From: Phyllobates terribilis
Taxonomy: Eukaryota
Assembly: GCF_046119375.1 (NCBI RefSeq)
Contig: NW_027362767.1
Span: 422,902,001-422,966,000 of the forward strand
DNA: 64,000 nt
Direction of reading: 5' to 3'
Part shown: positions 38,435 to 52,751 of the stretch, piece by piece
How the letters are laid out: each line of letters starts with the position of its first letter
How positions within the stretch are numbered: the first letter of the stretch is position 1
The notes under the pieces: generated by a model
The model's database searches: none
What the model was told of the DNA's origin: nothing
Seen by the model: the letters and a program-made list of their open reading frames with translations, nothing else
Program-made: the position numbers and the translations under genes

Positions 38435-40084
38435 CAGTTAGGTCCATATATATTTGGACAGAGACAACATTTTTCTAATTTTGGTTCTAGACATTACCAC
38501 AATGAATTTTAAACAAAACAATTCAGATGCAGTTGAAGTTCAGACTTTCAGCTTTCATTTGAGGGTATCCACATTAAAACTGGATGAAGGGTTTAGGAGT
38601 TTCAGCTCCTTAACATGTGACACCCTGTTTATAAAGGGACCAAAAGTAATTGGACAATTGACTCCAAGGCTATTTCATGGACAGGTGTGGGCAATCTCTT
38701 CATTATGTCATTCTCAATTAAGCAGATAAAAGGCCTGGAGTTGATTTGAGGTGTGGTGCTTGCATTTGGAAGGTTTTGCTGTGAAGTAAACATGCGGTCA
38801 AAGGAGCTCTCCATGCAGGTGAAACAAGGCATCCTTAAGCTGCAAAAACAGAAAAAACACATCCGAGAAATTGCTACAATATTAGAAGTGGCAAAATCTA
38901 CAGTTTGGTACATCCTGAGAAAGAAAGAAAAAGCACTGGTGAACTCATCAATGCAAAAAGACCTGGGCGCCCACGGAAGACAACAGTGGTGGATGATCGC
39001 AGAATAATCTCCATGGTGAAGAGAAACCCCTTCACAACAGCCAACCAAGTGAAGAACACTCTCCAGGAGGTAGGCGTATCAATATCCAAATCTACCATAA
39101 AGAGAAGACTGCATGAAAGTGAATACAGAGGGTTCACTGCACGGTGCAAGCCACTCATAAGAATCAAGAATAAAAAGGCTAGACTGGACTTTGCTAAAAA
39201 ACATCTAAAAAAGCCAACACAGTTCTGGAAGAACATTCTTTCGACAGATGAAACCAAGATCAATCTCTACCAGAATGATGGAAAGAGAAAAGTATGGCGA
39301 AAGCGTGGTACAGCTCATGATCCAAAGCATACCACATCATCTGTAAAACACGGTGGAGGCAGTGTGATGGCTTGGGCATGCATGGCTGCCAGTGGCACTG
39401 GGTCACTAGTGTTTATTGATGATGTGACACAGGACAGAAGCAGCCAAATGAATTCTGATGTATTCAGAGCCATACTGTCTGCTCAGATCCAGACAAATGC
39501 AGCCAAACTGATTGGTCGTCGTTTCATACTACAGATGGACAATGACCCAAAACATAAAGCCAAAGCAACCCAGGAGTTTATTAAAGCAAAGAAGTGGAAT
39601 ATTCTTGAATGGCCAAGTCAGTCACCTGATCTCAATCCAATTGAGCATGCATTTCACTTGTTAAAGACTAAACTTCAGACAGAAAGGCCCACAAACAAAC
39701 AGCAACTGAAAACCACCGCAGTGAAGGCCTGGCAGAGCATCAAAAAGGAGGAAACACAGCGTCTGGTGATGTCCATGAGTTCAAGACTTCAGGCAGTCAT
39801 TGCCAACAAAGGGTTTTCAACCAAGTACTGGAAATGAACATTTTATGTACAATTATTTAATCTGTCCAATTACTTTTGGTCCCTTTAAAAACAGGGTGGC
39901 ACATGTTAAGGAGCTGAAACTCCTAAACCCTTCATCCAGTTTTAATGTGGATACCCTCAAATGAAAGCTGAAAGTCTGAACTTCAACTGCATCTGAATTG
40001 TTTTGTTTAAAATTCATTGTGGTAATGTCTAGAACCAAAATTAGAAAAATGTTGTCTCTGTCCAAATATATATGGACCTAACTG
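38435..40084 (+). mobile_element. Tc1 transposon, full length, one frameshift near 38930
   Basis: About 220-bp TIRs CAGTTAGGTCCATATATATTTGGACAG. ATG at 38792 (MRSKELS), then the frame to 39837 with STDETK, QMDNDPKH and SPDLNPIE. The right flank is TG rather than TA. Confidence 0.95.
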
Positions 40085-40111
40085 TGTGTATATATATTAT
40101 ATATATATATA

Positions 40112-41738
40112 CAGTACAGACCAAAAGTTTGGACACATTCTCATTTAAAGATTTTTCTGTATTTTCATGACTATGAAAATTGTACATTCACACTGAAGGC
40201 ATCAAAACTATGAATTAACACATGTGGAATTATATACTTAACCAAAAAGTGTGAAACAACTGAAAATATGTCTTATATTCTAGGTTCTTCAAAGTAGCCA
40301 CCTTTTGCTTTGATGACTGCTTTGCACACTCTTGGCATTCTCTTGATGAGCTTCAAGAGGTAGTGACCGTGAATGGTCTTCCAACAATCTTGAAGGAGTT
40401 CCCAGAGATGCTTAGCACTTGTTGGCCCTTTTGCCTTCACTCTGCGGTCCAGCTCACCCCAAACCATCTCGATTGGGTTCAGGTCTGGTGACTGTGGAGG
40501 CCAGGTCATCTGGCGTAGCACCCCATCACTCTCCTTCTTGGTCAAATAGCCCTTACACAGCCTGGAGGTGTGTTTGGGGTCATTGTCCTGTTGAAAAATA
40601 AATGATGGTCGAACTAAACGCAAACTGGATGGAATAGCATGCTGCTGCAAGATGCTGTGGTAGCCATGCTGGATCAGTATGCCTTCAATTTTGAATAAAT
40701 CCCCAATAGTGTCACCAGCAAAGCACCCCCATACCATCACACCTCCTCCTCCATGCTTCACGGTGGGAACCAGGCATGTAGAGTCCATCCGTTCATCTTT
40801 TCTGTGTCGCACAAAGACACGGTGGTTGGAACCAAAGATCTCAAATTTGGACTTGTCAGACCAAAGCACAGATTTCCACTGGTCTAATGTCCATTCCTTG
40901 TGTTCTTTAGCCCAAACAAGTCTCTTCTGCTTGTTGCCTTTCCTTAGCAGTGGTTTCCTAGCAGCTATTTTACCATGAAGGCCTGCTGCACAAAGTCTCC
41001 TCTTAACAGTTGTTGAAGAGATGTGTCTGCTGCTAGAACTCTGTGTGGCATTGACCTGGTCTCTAATCTGAGCTGCTGTTAACCTGCGATTTCTGAGGCT
41101 GGCGACTCGGATAAACTTATCCTCAGAAGCAGAGGTGACTCTTGGTCTTCCTTTCCTGGGGCGGTCCTCATGTGAGCCAGTTTCTTTGTAGCGCTTGATG
41201 GTTTTTGGAACTGCACTTGGGGACACTTTCAAAGTTTGCCCAATTTTTCAGACTGACTGACCTTCATTTCTTAAAGTAATGATGGTCACTCGTTTGTCTT
41301 TACTTAGCTGCTTTTTTCTTGCCATAATACAAATTCTAACAGTCTATTCAGTAGGACTATCAGCTGTGTATCCACCAGACTTCTGCACAACACAACTGAT
41401 GGTCCCAACCCCATTTATAAGGCAAGAAATCCCACTTATTAAACCTGACAGGGCACACCTGTGAAGTGAAAACCATTTCCGGTGACTACCTCTTGAAGCT
41501 CATCAAGAGAATGCCAAGAGTGTGCAAAGCAGTCATCAAAGCAAAAGGTGGCTACTTTGAAGAACCTAGAATATAAGACATATTTTCAGTTGTTTCACAC
41601 TTTTTTGTTAAGTATATAATTCCACATGTGTTAATTCATAGTTTTGATGCCTTCAGTGTGAATGTACAATTTTCATAGTCATGAAAATACATAAAAATCT
41701 TTAAATGAGAAGTGTGTCCAAACTTTTGGTCTGTACTG
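40112..41738 (-). mobile_element. Tc1 transposon, second copy of the family at 4899-6525, same codon-26 TGA
   Basis: TA flanks and the same TIRs. ATG at 41325, TGA at 41250-41248, open frame to 40273. Confidence 0.96.
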
Positions 41739-41768
41739 TATGTATATATGTATATATATATACACACA

Positions 41769-42142
41769 CAGCTCTGGCAAAAATTAAGAGACCACTGAAC
41801 ATTTTTATATTGGAAAACATGGAAGGACTGGTGGAAAGCATGGCAAGACGCATGAAAGCTGTGATTAAAAATCATGGTTATTCCACCAAATATTGATTTC
41901 ACAGTTAAAACATGAGTAATTTGACGTCTGAAAGCACTGTTTCTCTGTTTCTTTTTTAGTATTTTGACGATTTCTCATTTGCTGCAAATAAATACAAAAT
42001 TTTTAGCTTTGAATTTCGGAGACATGTTGTCAGTAGCTTATAGACTAAAACAACAATGTACATTTTACTCAAAATATACCTATAAAGAGAAAATTCTGAG
42101 AAAATGAAAATTTTGCAGTGGTCTCTTAATTTTTTGCCAGAG

Positions 42143-42144
<2 letters not shown>
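41769..42144 (+). mobile_element. Internally deleted non-autonomous Tc1 (about 375 bp)
   Basis: TIRs CAGCTCTGGCAAAAATTAAGAGACCACTG; keeps a transposase C-terminal remnant (SMARRMKAVIKNHGYSTKY*). Confidence 0.85.
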
Positions 42145-42177
<33 letters not shown>

Positions 42178-42264
42178 GCCTTCCATCATGGTCTATATGC
42201 TTCCCTTCTTGTCCCTATCCTGGTATATGTATCCATTATCCTGGGCCCCTTCCTGGTATACATA

Positions 42265-43621
42265 CAGGTGCATGTCACTAAATTAGAATATCATCAAAAA
42301 GTTAATTTATTTCAGTTCTTCAATACAAAAAGTGAACGTCCTATATTATATAGAGTCATTACAGAGTGATCTATTTCAAGTGTTTATTTCTGTTAATGTT
42401 GATGGTTATGGCTTACAGCCAATGAAAACACAAAAGTCATTATCTCAGTAACAAAAAACACCTGCAAAGGCTTCCTAAGCATTTAAAAAGGCCCCTTAGT
42501 CTGTTTCAGTAGGTTCCACAATCATGGGAAAGACTGCTGACTTGACAGATGTCCAGAAGGCAGTCATTGACACACTCCACAAGGTCCCAGAGTCTGGAGG
42601 AAGGGTGGAGAGGCTACAATCCAAGCTGCTGGAGGTCTCGTGTGAAGTTTCCACAATCGGTGATGGTTTGGGGAGCCATGTTATCTGCTGGTGTAGGTCC
42701 ACTGTGTTTTATCAAGACCAAAGTCAGCGCACCCGTCTACCAGGACATTGTAGAGCACTTCATGCTTCCCTCTGCCGACAAGCTTTTTGGAGATGGAAAT
42801 GTCATTTTCCAGCAGGACTTGGCCCCTGTCCACACGGCCAAAAGTACCAATACCTGGTTTACACAACAGTATCACTGTGCTTGATTGGCAGCAAACTCAC
42901 CTGACCTTAACCCCATAGAGAATCTATTATAGAGAATCTATGGGGTATTGTCAAGAGAAAGATGAGAGACACCAGACCCAACAATGCAGACGAGCTGAAG
43001 GCTTCTATCAAAGCCACCTGGGCTTCCATAACACCTCAGCAGTGTCACAGGCTGATCGCCTCCATGCCACATTGCCGCATTGATGCAGTAATTGATGCGA
43101 AAGGAGCCCCGACCAAGTATTGAGGGCATTTACTGAACATACATTTCACTAGGACAACATTTTGGGTTTAAAAACATTTTTCAAGCTGTTGTTATAAAGT
43201 ATTCTAATTTACTGAGATAATGACTTTTGTGTTTTCATTGGCTGTAAGCCATAATCATCAACATTAACAGAAATAAACACTTGAAATAGATCCCTCTGTG
43301 TGTAATGACTCTATATAATAGATCCCTCTGTGTGTAATGACTCTATATAATAGATCCCTCTGTGTGTAATGACTCTATATAATAGATCCCTCTGTGTGTA
43401 ATGACTCTATATAATAGATCCCTCTGTGTGTAATGACTCTATATAATAGATCCCTCTGTGTGTAATGACTCTATATAATAGATCCCTCTGTGTGTAATGA
43501 CTCTATATAATAGATCCCTCTGTGTGTAATGATTCTATATAATATGACTTTCACTTTTTGTATTGAAGAACTGAAATAAATAAACTTTTTGATGATATTC
43601 TAATTTAGTGAGATGCACCTG
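42265..43621 (+). mobile_element. Internally deleted, degraded Tc1 with a tandem array in the right TIR
   Basis: TA flanks; TIR CAGGTGCAT..CACTAAATTAGAATATCATCAAAAAG. MGKTADLTDVQK start is fused to VKFPQSVMVWG...FQQDLAP, followed by C-terminal remnants. Confidence 0.9.
43285..43540. repeat. 8 x 32-bp tandem repeat
   Basis: aatagatccctctgtgtgtaatgactctatat x8; the last copy has one substitution. Confidence 0.95.
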
Positions 43622-44949
43622 TATATCCCCCATCATGGTATATATGTCCCCCATTCTGCCGCTGTTCTTGAATGCATAGAAAAAAACAAACAATTATCCT
43701 CCCCTTCCCCCCGCTCCCCCGCCGTGCAGCGTCCTCTTCTGAAGCCGGCAGCTGACTTCAGCATCCAAGAGACGAGAGCGGATGACGTCACTGCCATGTG
43801 CTCAGAGTCACATACACGCCGTCGTCAGCTGCTGGTGTCGGCAGACCTCTACCCGCATGGGCCCGGTTACGCCCATGCCCCTATCCGTGAGAATGCTGGT
43901 GGTCCCACTGATGGGACTCCTGCCGATCCCGATAACCGGGGCTCTGCTGCTCCCCGGAGATAGCTGATTGCTGCATTCGGTTGGTATTCGGCAGTCCATA
44001 AAAAATGATGGAGCAATGGTGGTGCCTGTCATCGTCCACCACTTCTTTCACATGGAGCACTCTGAGTCCCAGGCTCTCAGGATCGTTGGTTGTCCTTTTG
44101 GGCCCCTCTAGGTTCCAGGGCCCAGATATGACTGCAATCCCTGCACATAGTATTTGTTACATACATTTGGATTAACTAGACAAAGAACAATTGCAACAAA
44201 CCCTCAGCTGTGAGAAGTAATAGAACTACACAGACAATGTAACAGAGAAGGTTTCCGTTCACTGACAGCAAGCACAGCGCCTGAGAATGGTGAGTAACTG
44301 AAATGCAAATGGCAAGATAAAAACTGTTTAGGTTCTGTGTGCCATTCAGGAGTCTAGGAAAAGCTGGGTGTCAGCAGTGATGTTCTCCATGGAGGTTGTC
44401 GCCCAACTTTCCCAGAAACAGATATAACTGAAAAACATATATAACAGAAGAGGGCGACTCGGGCGTATATGTACCGGGAAATACCGGACACCCGAGTTCT
44501 GTACTTCTCTGCCCCCTAGAGGCAGAATGAGGAATTACACAAACTATAGACTGATCGCTCTCAGACCGACACACTGTACAGAATTCACATACCTTTATGA
44601 AAAACTGTAACATTCTCACTGTGCAGGGGCATGCAGTCTATTGTTCTCTGTTATCAGATGTGGTTATAGTAGTTTTTGCATTGATGAAAACTGCAATAAC
44701 ATAAGAACAAAGGGTTCAGTCAGGTTAACGTTCACACCCAGGCCCTTCCCAAACCTCCGATAATGAGCGATGCATGACCTCAGCTGGATGTAGCGATCAG
44801 CAGAACAGTCATACGGGTGATTCACATCCGACCCATGAACACCACAGACGAGCATGTGCACTATATGGAGAAGGGTAGAAGGCAGGCGCTGTAATCATTG
44901 AATTTGGGTTTGCACTCTACTCCATTGCCCCTTGTGTATGACATGCGTC

Positions 44950-47525
44950 CCCTCACCCCCCCAGTATATAACACCCGGCTCCTCGCCCCCGGTGTATAAC
45001 ATACAAAACCACTACCCCGGTGTATAACACATGGCCCCCCTCTCCCGATATATAACATCCAAAACCACTACCCCGGTGTATAACACCCGGCCCCTCGCCC
45101 CAGTGTATAACGTGCATTCCCTCAACCCCCAGTGTATAACACCCGACCCCTCGCCCCGGTGTATAACATGCGTTCCCTCACCCCCCAATGTAAAACACCC
45201 GGCCCCTCGTTCCCAGTGTATAACATGTGATCCCTCACCCCGGGTGTATAACCTCCGGTCCCATTGTCCCCAGTGTATAACACCCGACCCCTCGTCCCTG
45301 GTGTATAACACCCGACCCCTCGTCCCCGGTGTATAATACCCGACCCCTCGTCCCCGGTGTATAACATCCGACCCCTCGTCCCCGGTGTATAACACCCGAC
45401 CCCTCGTCCCCGGTGTATAACACCCGACCCCTTTTCCCCGGTGTATAACACCCGGCCCCTCATCCCCGATGTATAACACCCGACCCCTCATCCCCGGTGT
45501 ATAACACCCGACCCCTCGTCCCCGGTGTATAACACCCGACCCCTCGTCCCCGGTGTATAACACCCGACGCCTCGTCCCCGGTGTATAACACCCGACCCCT
45601 CTTCCCCGGTGTATAACACCCGACCCCTCGTCCCCGGTGTATAACACCCGACCACTCGTCCCCGGTGTATAACACCCGACCCCTCGTCCCCAGTGTATAA
45701 CACCCGGCCCCTCGTCCCCAGTGTATAACATACAAAACAACTACCCCGTGTATAACACACGGACCCCCTCTCCCAATATAACATCCAAATCCACTATCCC
45801 GGTGTATAACACCCGACCCCTCTTCCCCGGTGTATAACACCCGACCCCTCGTCCCCGGTGTATAACACCCGACCCCTCGTCCCCAGTGTATAACATACAA
45901 AACAACTACCCCGTGTATAACACACGGACCCCCTCTCCCAATATAACATCTAAAACCACTACCCCGGTGTATAACACCCGGCCCCTCGCCCCAGTGTATA
46001 ACATGCGTTCCCTCACCTCCCAGTGTAAAAAACCCAGCCCCTCGTCCCTGGTGTATAACATGTGTCCTCTCACCCCCCAATGTATAACACCCGGCCCCTC
46101 GTTCCCAGTGTATAACATGCGATCCCTCACCCTTGGTGTATAACCTCCCGTCCCATTGTTCCCACTGTATAACACCCGACCATTCGTCCCCAGTGTATAA
46201 CACCTGACCCTTCGTCCCCAGTGTATAACACCCGACCACTCGTCCCCAGTGTATAACACCCGACCCCTCGTCCCCAGTGTATAATACCCGACCCCTCGTC
46301 CCCAGTGTATAACACCCGACCCCTCAACCCCAGTGTATAACACCCGACCCCTTGTCCCCGGTGTATAACACCCGACCCCTCGTCCCCGGTGTATAACACC
46401 CGGCCCCTCGCCCCAGTGTATAACGTGCATTCCCTCACCCCACAATGTAAAACACCCGGCCCCTCGTTCCCAGTGTATAACATGTGATCCCTCACCCCGG
46501 GTGTATAACCTCCGGTCCCATTGTCCCCAGTGTATAACACCCGACCCCTCGTCCCCGGTGTATAACACCCGACCCCTCGTCCCCTGTGTATAATACCCGA
46601 CCCGTTGTCCCCAGTGTATAACATCCGACCCCTCGTACCTGGTGTATAACATCCGACCCCTCGTCCCCGGTGTATAACACCCGACCCCTCGTCCCCGGTG
46701 TATAACACCCGACCCCTCGTCCCCGGTGTATAACACCCGACGCCTCGTCCCCGGTGTATAACACCCGACCCCTCTTCCCCGGTGTATAACACCCGGCCCC
46801 TCATCCCCGGTGTATAACACCCGACCCCTCATCCCCGGTGTATAACACCCGACCCCTCGTCCCCAGTGTATAACACCCGGCCCCTCATTCCCAGTGTATA
46901 ACATGCGTTCCCTCACCCCTGGTGTATCACACCCAACCCCTCGTCCCCAGTGTATAACACCCGGCCCCTCGACCCCAGTGTATAACACCCGGCCCCTCAT
47001 TCCCAGTGTATAACATGCGTTCCCTCACCCCTGGTGTATCACACCCAACCCCTCGTTCCCAGTGTATAACACCCGACCCCTCGTCCCCAGTGTATAACAC
47101 CCGACGCCTCGTCCCCGGTGTATAACACCCAACCCCTCGTTCCAAGTGTATAACACCCGACCCCTCGTCCCCAGTGTATAACACCCGGCCCCTCGTCCTC
47201 GGTGTATAACACCCGGCCCCTTGTCCCCTGTGTATAACACCCAGCCCCTCGACCCCAGTGTATAACACCCGACCCCTCGTTCCCGGTGTATAACATGCGT
47301 TCCCTCACCCCTGGTGTATAACAACCGGCCCGTCATCCCCAGTGATAAAACACCCGACCCCATTGCCCCCCAGTATATGACATGCGTCCCCTCGCCCCCG
47401 GAGTATAACATTCAGCCCCATTGTCCCCACTGTATAACACCCGACCCCTCGCCCACAGTGTATAACATCTGGCCTCTTACACCCGGTGTATAACATCTGA
47501 CCCTTCGCCCCCGGTGTATAACCTC
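44950..47525. repeat. 28-bp minisatellite (about 2.6 kb) with higher-order blocks
   Basis: Unit gtgtataacacccgacccctcgtccccg; source of the GRVLYTGDEGSGVIHRG ORFs. Confidence 0.95.
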
Positions 47526-48379
47526 CGGCCCCCCACCATGCCGTCTACACTTACAACCATGTGACAGAACGGCTGAGGCTGCGGCGCTCACTGATACCAG
47601 CGCGGTCCTGTAATAGGAGCCACTGGGGTAACAAGTCCGTCCATGACATTTCTTCCTCCATTACCTGTGAGTGATATTATTGAGAAGGAAGGATCCGCAG
47701 CAACTTAGACCCCGTAACATTACAGAGCGAGGGGTTGAGTACTGAGGAGCAGAGAGCAGAAAAGTCACCACTGCTCGGCTGACCCCATAACTGCAGAGTC
47801 CAGACCTCCTCTGGTATAACATCAGCACAAACACTGCGCCGAGGAGCTTTACGGCCGAGCAGCTACATGCAGCCGTACATCCCCAAGCACAATGCCAAGC
47901 GGTGGATGGAGTGATGTAAAGCTGCCACTCCCAGAAACACGGAAGCTGTTGTTTCTCCATATTAATGTCCATGGATGCTGGAGGTGGGGAGCGGGATAAG
48001 AAAAGCTCCTGTTGATGAATGTGATGGCATTGTAGACGAGCAATCAGTTTCGTGGTACCGACCTCTGTTTCAGTCCTTTGTTGCAGCTGGACTTCATTCC
48101 TGTGGCTGACATCACTTTGGTGCCTCTGTTGCCTCACAAGGACATGACAAGTGACTACACCTCGACGTTGCGGGACCTGATTTTTGCAATCCACTGGTGA
48201 GAAATGGATCATGGAGTCACAAGGCCAAATTCAATATACAGTACGTAAATAAATAATAATTTAGAAAATTGGAACTGCATTACTACCATAGAAAATAGGT
48301 GAACGCTACATTATGTACATATTCAATATAGCTATAGAAAAATTACAATAAAAAGAAGGTACTTAGCGCATATGACGAG

Positions 48380-48921
48380 CCCCCTGGGGCCGGTCCCCTA
48401 CTGCAGCCTGATCCCTCCGCTTTAGTGTGAATTCAGGCGCACGGGTGTCATCCCGCACTCGCCGTGCCCCTGGGATCCCTTCTGTCTCTCTCTGGAGCCT
48501 TTCCCTCTGCTCCGGTTTCTCTCCTCACTTTCCTCCTGTTGGACCCCTCTCACTGGGCCCTATTCCTCACTCTCCACTGAACCGTGCTCCTGCTCCAAGC
48601 ACTAGAACAGGAGACTCCCCTTGCTCCCCTGAGCAGAACTCCTTCTAGATGTTTCCACCCTTCCTTTTATACTCTACTGTCTGTGCTCCACTGACCTTCT
48701 TCCTCCACCCACCTCCTCCACTTAGTTCCACCCTCCAGACAGGGACCAGGGACTGTGCTCTCCCTCAGGAGCAATCTCGCCCTTCCCTAATGAAGTAGTG
48801 TAGTGTTGGATGTGGGTGTTTGGGTCCTGGGTAGTGCTCCCTCCTTACCTGAGAGTGGGGTACCACACCTCTGGATGAGTTGCAGTACCTCTGTGGCAAC
48901 TGGACCCGCAGGGGCGTCACA
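48380..48921. mobile_element. Partial LTR of the same family as 55133-56383
   Basis: Shared blocks ggggccggtcccct..gcctgatccctcc and ctccctccttacctgagagtgggg..cagtacctctgtggc; ends GGGGCGTCACA. Confidence 0.7.
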
Positions 48922-50127
48922 CATAAATTGACCAATATATGGGAGCCCAAGAGCCATTGTCCAGGCGTACCTCATTGTTGGGTCCCTGTCCTGATAAGAC
49001 ACCTCTCCTGGACTAAAAAGCCTACAATGTATGGGGCAGGGAGGAACCAGCTAATTAAAACCACCTAAAGCTGATGGGAGTAGGAGAACACATGGCACAG
49101 GAGTTTGCTACAAACAGAAAAACTGACCAGCGCATCCAAACTAGTGTATACAGGTGCCAGCAAAGACAATAATTCTAAGAGAAAATATAGCTGCACTCGG
49201 AAATGCTAAGTATAATACATTTAGAAAATTGGAACTGCATTACTGCCATTACTACATCCTTCCTGCCCTCACACTTTCTACCTCCTCGGTCGCCACTCAC
49301 ATCAGGGACACCCACGTCATGAGATTCTGCTCACTAGTCAGACCATAGGTCCACTTTTACTGCACACTGGGCCCTATCTAAAGTTCCTTCACCTTAGCCT
49401 CTCTCACTCTGGGCTAGTCCCAACTATTAACTTCAAGTTTCCCTACGGTCGGGCAGAACACAACGCCAACACTAATAACGCATATCACAATTCACATTAT
49501 GCAATGCAGCAATATGCATGTTCTTAAAGGGGGACCATGGGCAGTATGTCCATCTCCTTACATGTACTATGTGGCTGAACTAACAAAGGAAAAAACTAAC
49601 ATCATACAGATTAATATCGTGGGTTTGTTTTACCAGGGATCAGCCGAACACAAAGACGTCTTCATGTGACCTTTGGTCTATCCCGACACCTACAGACTTC
49701 TTTATCAGAAGATATTTATTTAAAGGCACCTATAATTTCCAAACAATTTTATATACAATGGGGGCTGCTACAATATGTGCTGCCGATAGTTAGGGTGCGG
49801 GTCATGAGATACACCCAAATCGGTCAAAAGACCACTCTGAAGTGTGCAGCTCCTGCATGGGCTGAATACTAAGTTTATGGGCCCGAACCCATTTTTTTTA
49901 TTCCCCTATATAGCTACAAACTAAAATATTTAAATCTTTTAATTCTCTTTTATCTGATCTTGGGTATATGGAGAGGATAAAAAAAAAGTTAAAATTGACT
50001 TACTTTACTCCTGCCGTAAACCTTGAGTTTATTGTTTCAAACAATATTTTTGTATCATCTCAGTTTCAGCATTGGACAACCTGCGGCCCATCTTCCTATG
50101 ATGGGAATGTATCCAGACTTCTAATTA

Positions 50128-50505
50128 GGGACCGTTCACGCGACCGTAAAAAAACCGACAGTACTCGGACCATTGTTATTCAATGGGGAGATGAGCGATT
50201 TTTTTCACTGACCGAATCTGAGTGCATAAAAAAAAATCGCAGCATACACTAGTTTGTTCCATTAATTGGATGAGAGTCAACCGTTCAAGTCTATGGGTGG
50301 ATGAAAAAAAATGGATGCCATAAAAAGACACAGTACCACATCAGCTTTTTACGGATACATTGCAATTTTGTAACATAGGAAACTTAAATGGTTAATAGCT
50401 GCTGCTGTAAAAAAATGGATGATAAGTGAAAAAAAAATCAGCCAAATTTTCTGGATGAAACTCAGAATGATTCTTTATACACTATATGCTGGTGTGAACC
50501 GAGCC
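50128..50505. mobile_element. Degenerate Harbinger-type MITE
   Basis: TTA flanks and imperfect GG..GTTCAC terminal repeats. Confidence 0.5.
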
Positions 50506-50615
50506 TTAGAGACAACATCTTTCAGGTGATTGGTGTTGATCATTTAAAGTCGCCACAAGTTAATAATTCTTCCCTGTTTTTCTTGCTTTGCAAGATATGG
50601 GAACGGAGGAATTAA

Positions 50616-52751
50616 AGGGAATCTGTCCCCCTCCTTGGATGTATGTAACATAATAATATGGGCATACAGGTTAGAGAATAGTTAAAATAGTCATACCTGT
50701 GTGCCCATGTCTGCGGTCTTGTTGAGGAGAAATCCTTTTTTATTCGTTTGTGGTAACGAGTAGTGATGAGCGAGCATGCTCGTTACTCGAGTTTTACGAG
50801 CATGCTCGGGTGTTTTCCGAGTATCTTCAGCATGCTCGGGTGTTATGTTTCAGTCACTCCGTGCCCATGATTTGCGACTGTTTGACAGCTTTAATACATG
50901 TGAGGAATGCCTAAGAAACAGGCATTCCACACATGTATTAATGCTGTCAAACAGTCGCAAATCATGAGCACGGAGTGACTGAAACATAACACCCGAGCAC
51001 GCTGAAGATACTCGGTGAGCACCCGAGCATGCTCGCCGAAAGGGTTAACAGAACATACTCGCTCATCACTAGTAAAGAGTTCTTCCAGGCTCTGGGGCGT
51101 GCGGTGCGTAAAAGGAAGCGATGATACCCCTGAAGAGCCCTGACGTGATGCGACATTAGTGAGGAAAGACTGCCATCTGCTGGATGGGCAAAACCACGAA
51201 GAACCAATTGATGCCAGAAGAATTGCAGGGGGAGCTAGTTCTTTTGCTGGATCTTATTAGGTGACTCACATGACAGAAGCCCTGTGCATGAGGATTCGGG
51301 GCCAAGAAGGAGAGTGGAGCAGACACGGACCAGGGATGGCGCCGAGGCCAGCGTGACAGGCCTCAACAGAAAGCCTACACCACCAATGTGCCGGTCATCG
51401 CTTGACAAGGTCCTGACGACGCCCGGTGAGACCCAGAGTTCAGACTGCACCAGTCAAGACCCAGAGTCTTGAACTGCACTGGTCCAGACCCAGAGTTCAG
51501 ACTGCACCGGTCAAGACCCAGAGTCCCATACTGTGCTGGGGTCAAGACCCAGAGTTCAAACTGCGCCGGTCAAGACCAGGACCTGTGCCCTACGCAGGTC
51601 AAGTCTCAGAGGCCAGACGACACCCGTCAAGAGTCGGGACCCAGTCCTTTCCGCCTCAGGCACAGGAGACATCCACCGACGGTAAAACACTGAAGATCCA
51701 CAAGGAGATGACGATCGAAGGAGGAGCACGCCTGCGGTTACAGAGGGACAGCACGAGTGAGCAGGGCTGTCACTTCCAGTTATAACATACGATACCGGGG
51801 TTAGGGCAACAGGTGGGGAGAGGGCCAGTTGGTGCTTGGAAGGCCCAATGCTCTTTAATAGACTTTGTCAGAAAGACTTACGGCCTAGTGGGAAAACCCG
51901 GTGACCCCATCTAGGGCCAGAACTTCAGGAAGAACTAACATAGTAGCTCCCATGAACGGGCGTACCACATTTGTAAGGAGAACATTAGCAAAATATTTTG
52001 AAGGACTTCTCTGTTATTATAATTGTAACGTTGTATGTTCATTGATGATTTGTATTGTTCAAATAGCATGATTGTTCCGTAACTAATGTAAATTCCGGCA
52101 GTATCTGAACAGAAATAAACCGTTCACTGACTGCTCCTGCCTTATGTTTTCTGTGCGATGCATGCAGTTACTTGCATTACGTGGCGTCCGGAAGAAACCT
52201 CAGTCTTCTTTAGCGTACCAGCCCCCTCCCATGAGCGTCACAGTGCCCTGTGACGTGTAGTTGTGCCCCCGCAATCCCGCGTCTGCTCCCTGCAATAGCG
52301 CGATTACGCTTGATGCTTCCGCCCTTCTATGAGCATTGGCTTCTTCTGCGCCGGCGAGTCAATGTAAGTGGGGAGTCGGGAGTACAACTTATCCCTGCGC
52401 ACGCCGGAGGCCACTGGAGTGGAAGTAGCAGTGACGCGCCGGCGCTTGCGTAGAAGAAGCCAATGCCTATAGAATGGCGGAAACATCAAGTGCAATCGCG
52501 CCATTGCAGGCGCGGGATTCCGGGACACCACTACACAGGGCACTGTGACGCTGATGGGAAGAAGCTGGTACGCTAATGAAGACCAGAGACAGAGCTTTCT
52601 TCCAGGCATCGCAAGCCCAAAAGCCTGGAAGAGCTCATCACCATGAACAAATAAAATACGATTTCTGCACAAGACCGCAGATATGGGCATACAGGTATGA
52701 CTATTTTAACCGTTCTATAACCTGTATGTCCAAGGAGGGGACAGATTCCCT
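50616..52751. mobile_element. Non-autonomous T2/Kolobok-type element (about 2.1 kb)
   Basis: TTAA/CTAA flanks; TIR AGGGAATCTGTCCCC; subterminal inverted atatgggcatacaggt blocks; internal fold-back at about 52195-52585; about 35-bp tandem repeats at 51428-51610. Confidence 0.8.
50761..51071. mobile_element. Palindromic hAT MITE nested in the T2/Kolobok element
   Basis: TIR TAGTGATGAGCGAG; TSD gtaacgag/gtaaagag (7 of 8 match); almost entirely self-complementary. Confidence 0.85.

Noticed and set aside
43285-43540. Eight 32-bp repeats as a possible CRISPR array
   Set aside because: Head-to-tail units with no spacers, inside a Tc1 TIR.
45012-47496. Overlapping Gly/Tyr-rich ORFs
   Set aside because: Translation of the 28-bp minisatellite.
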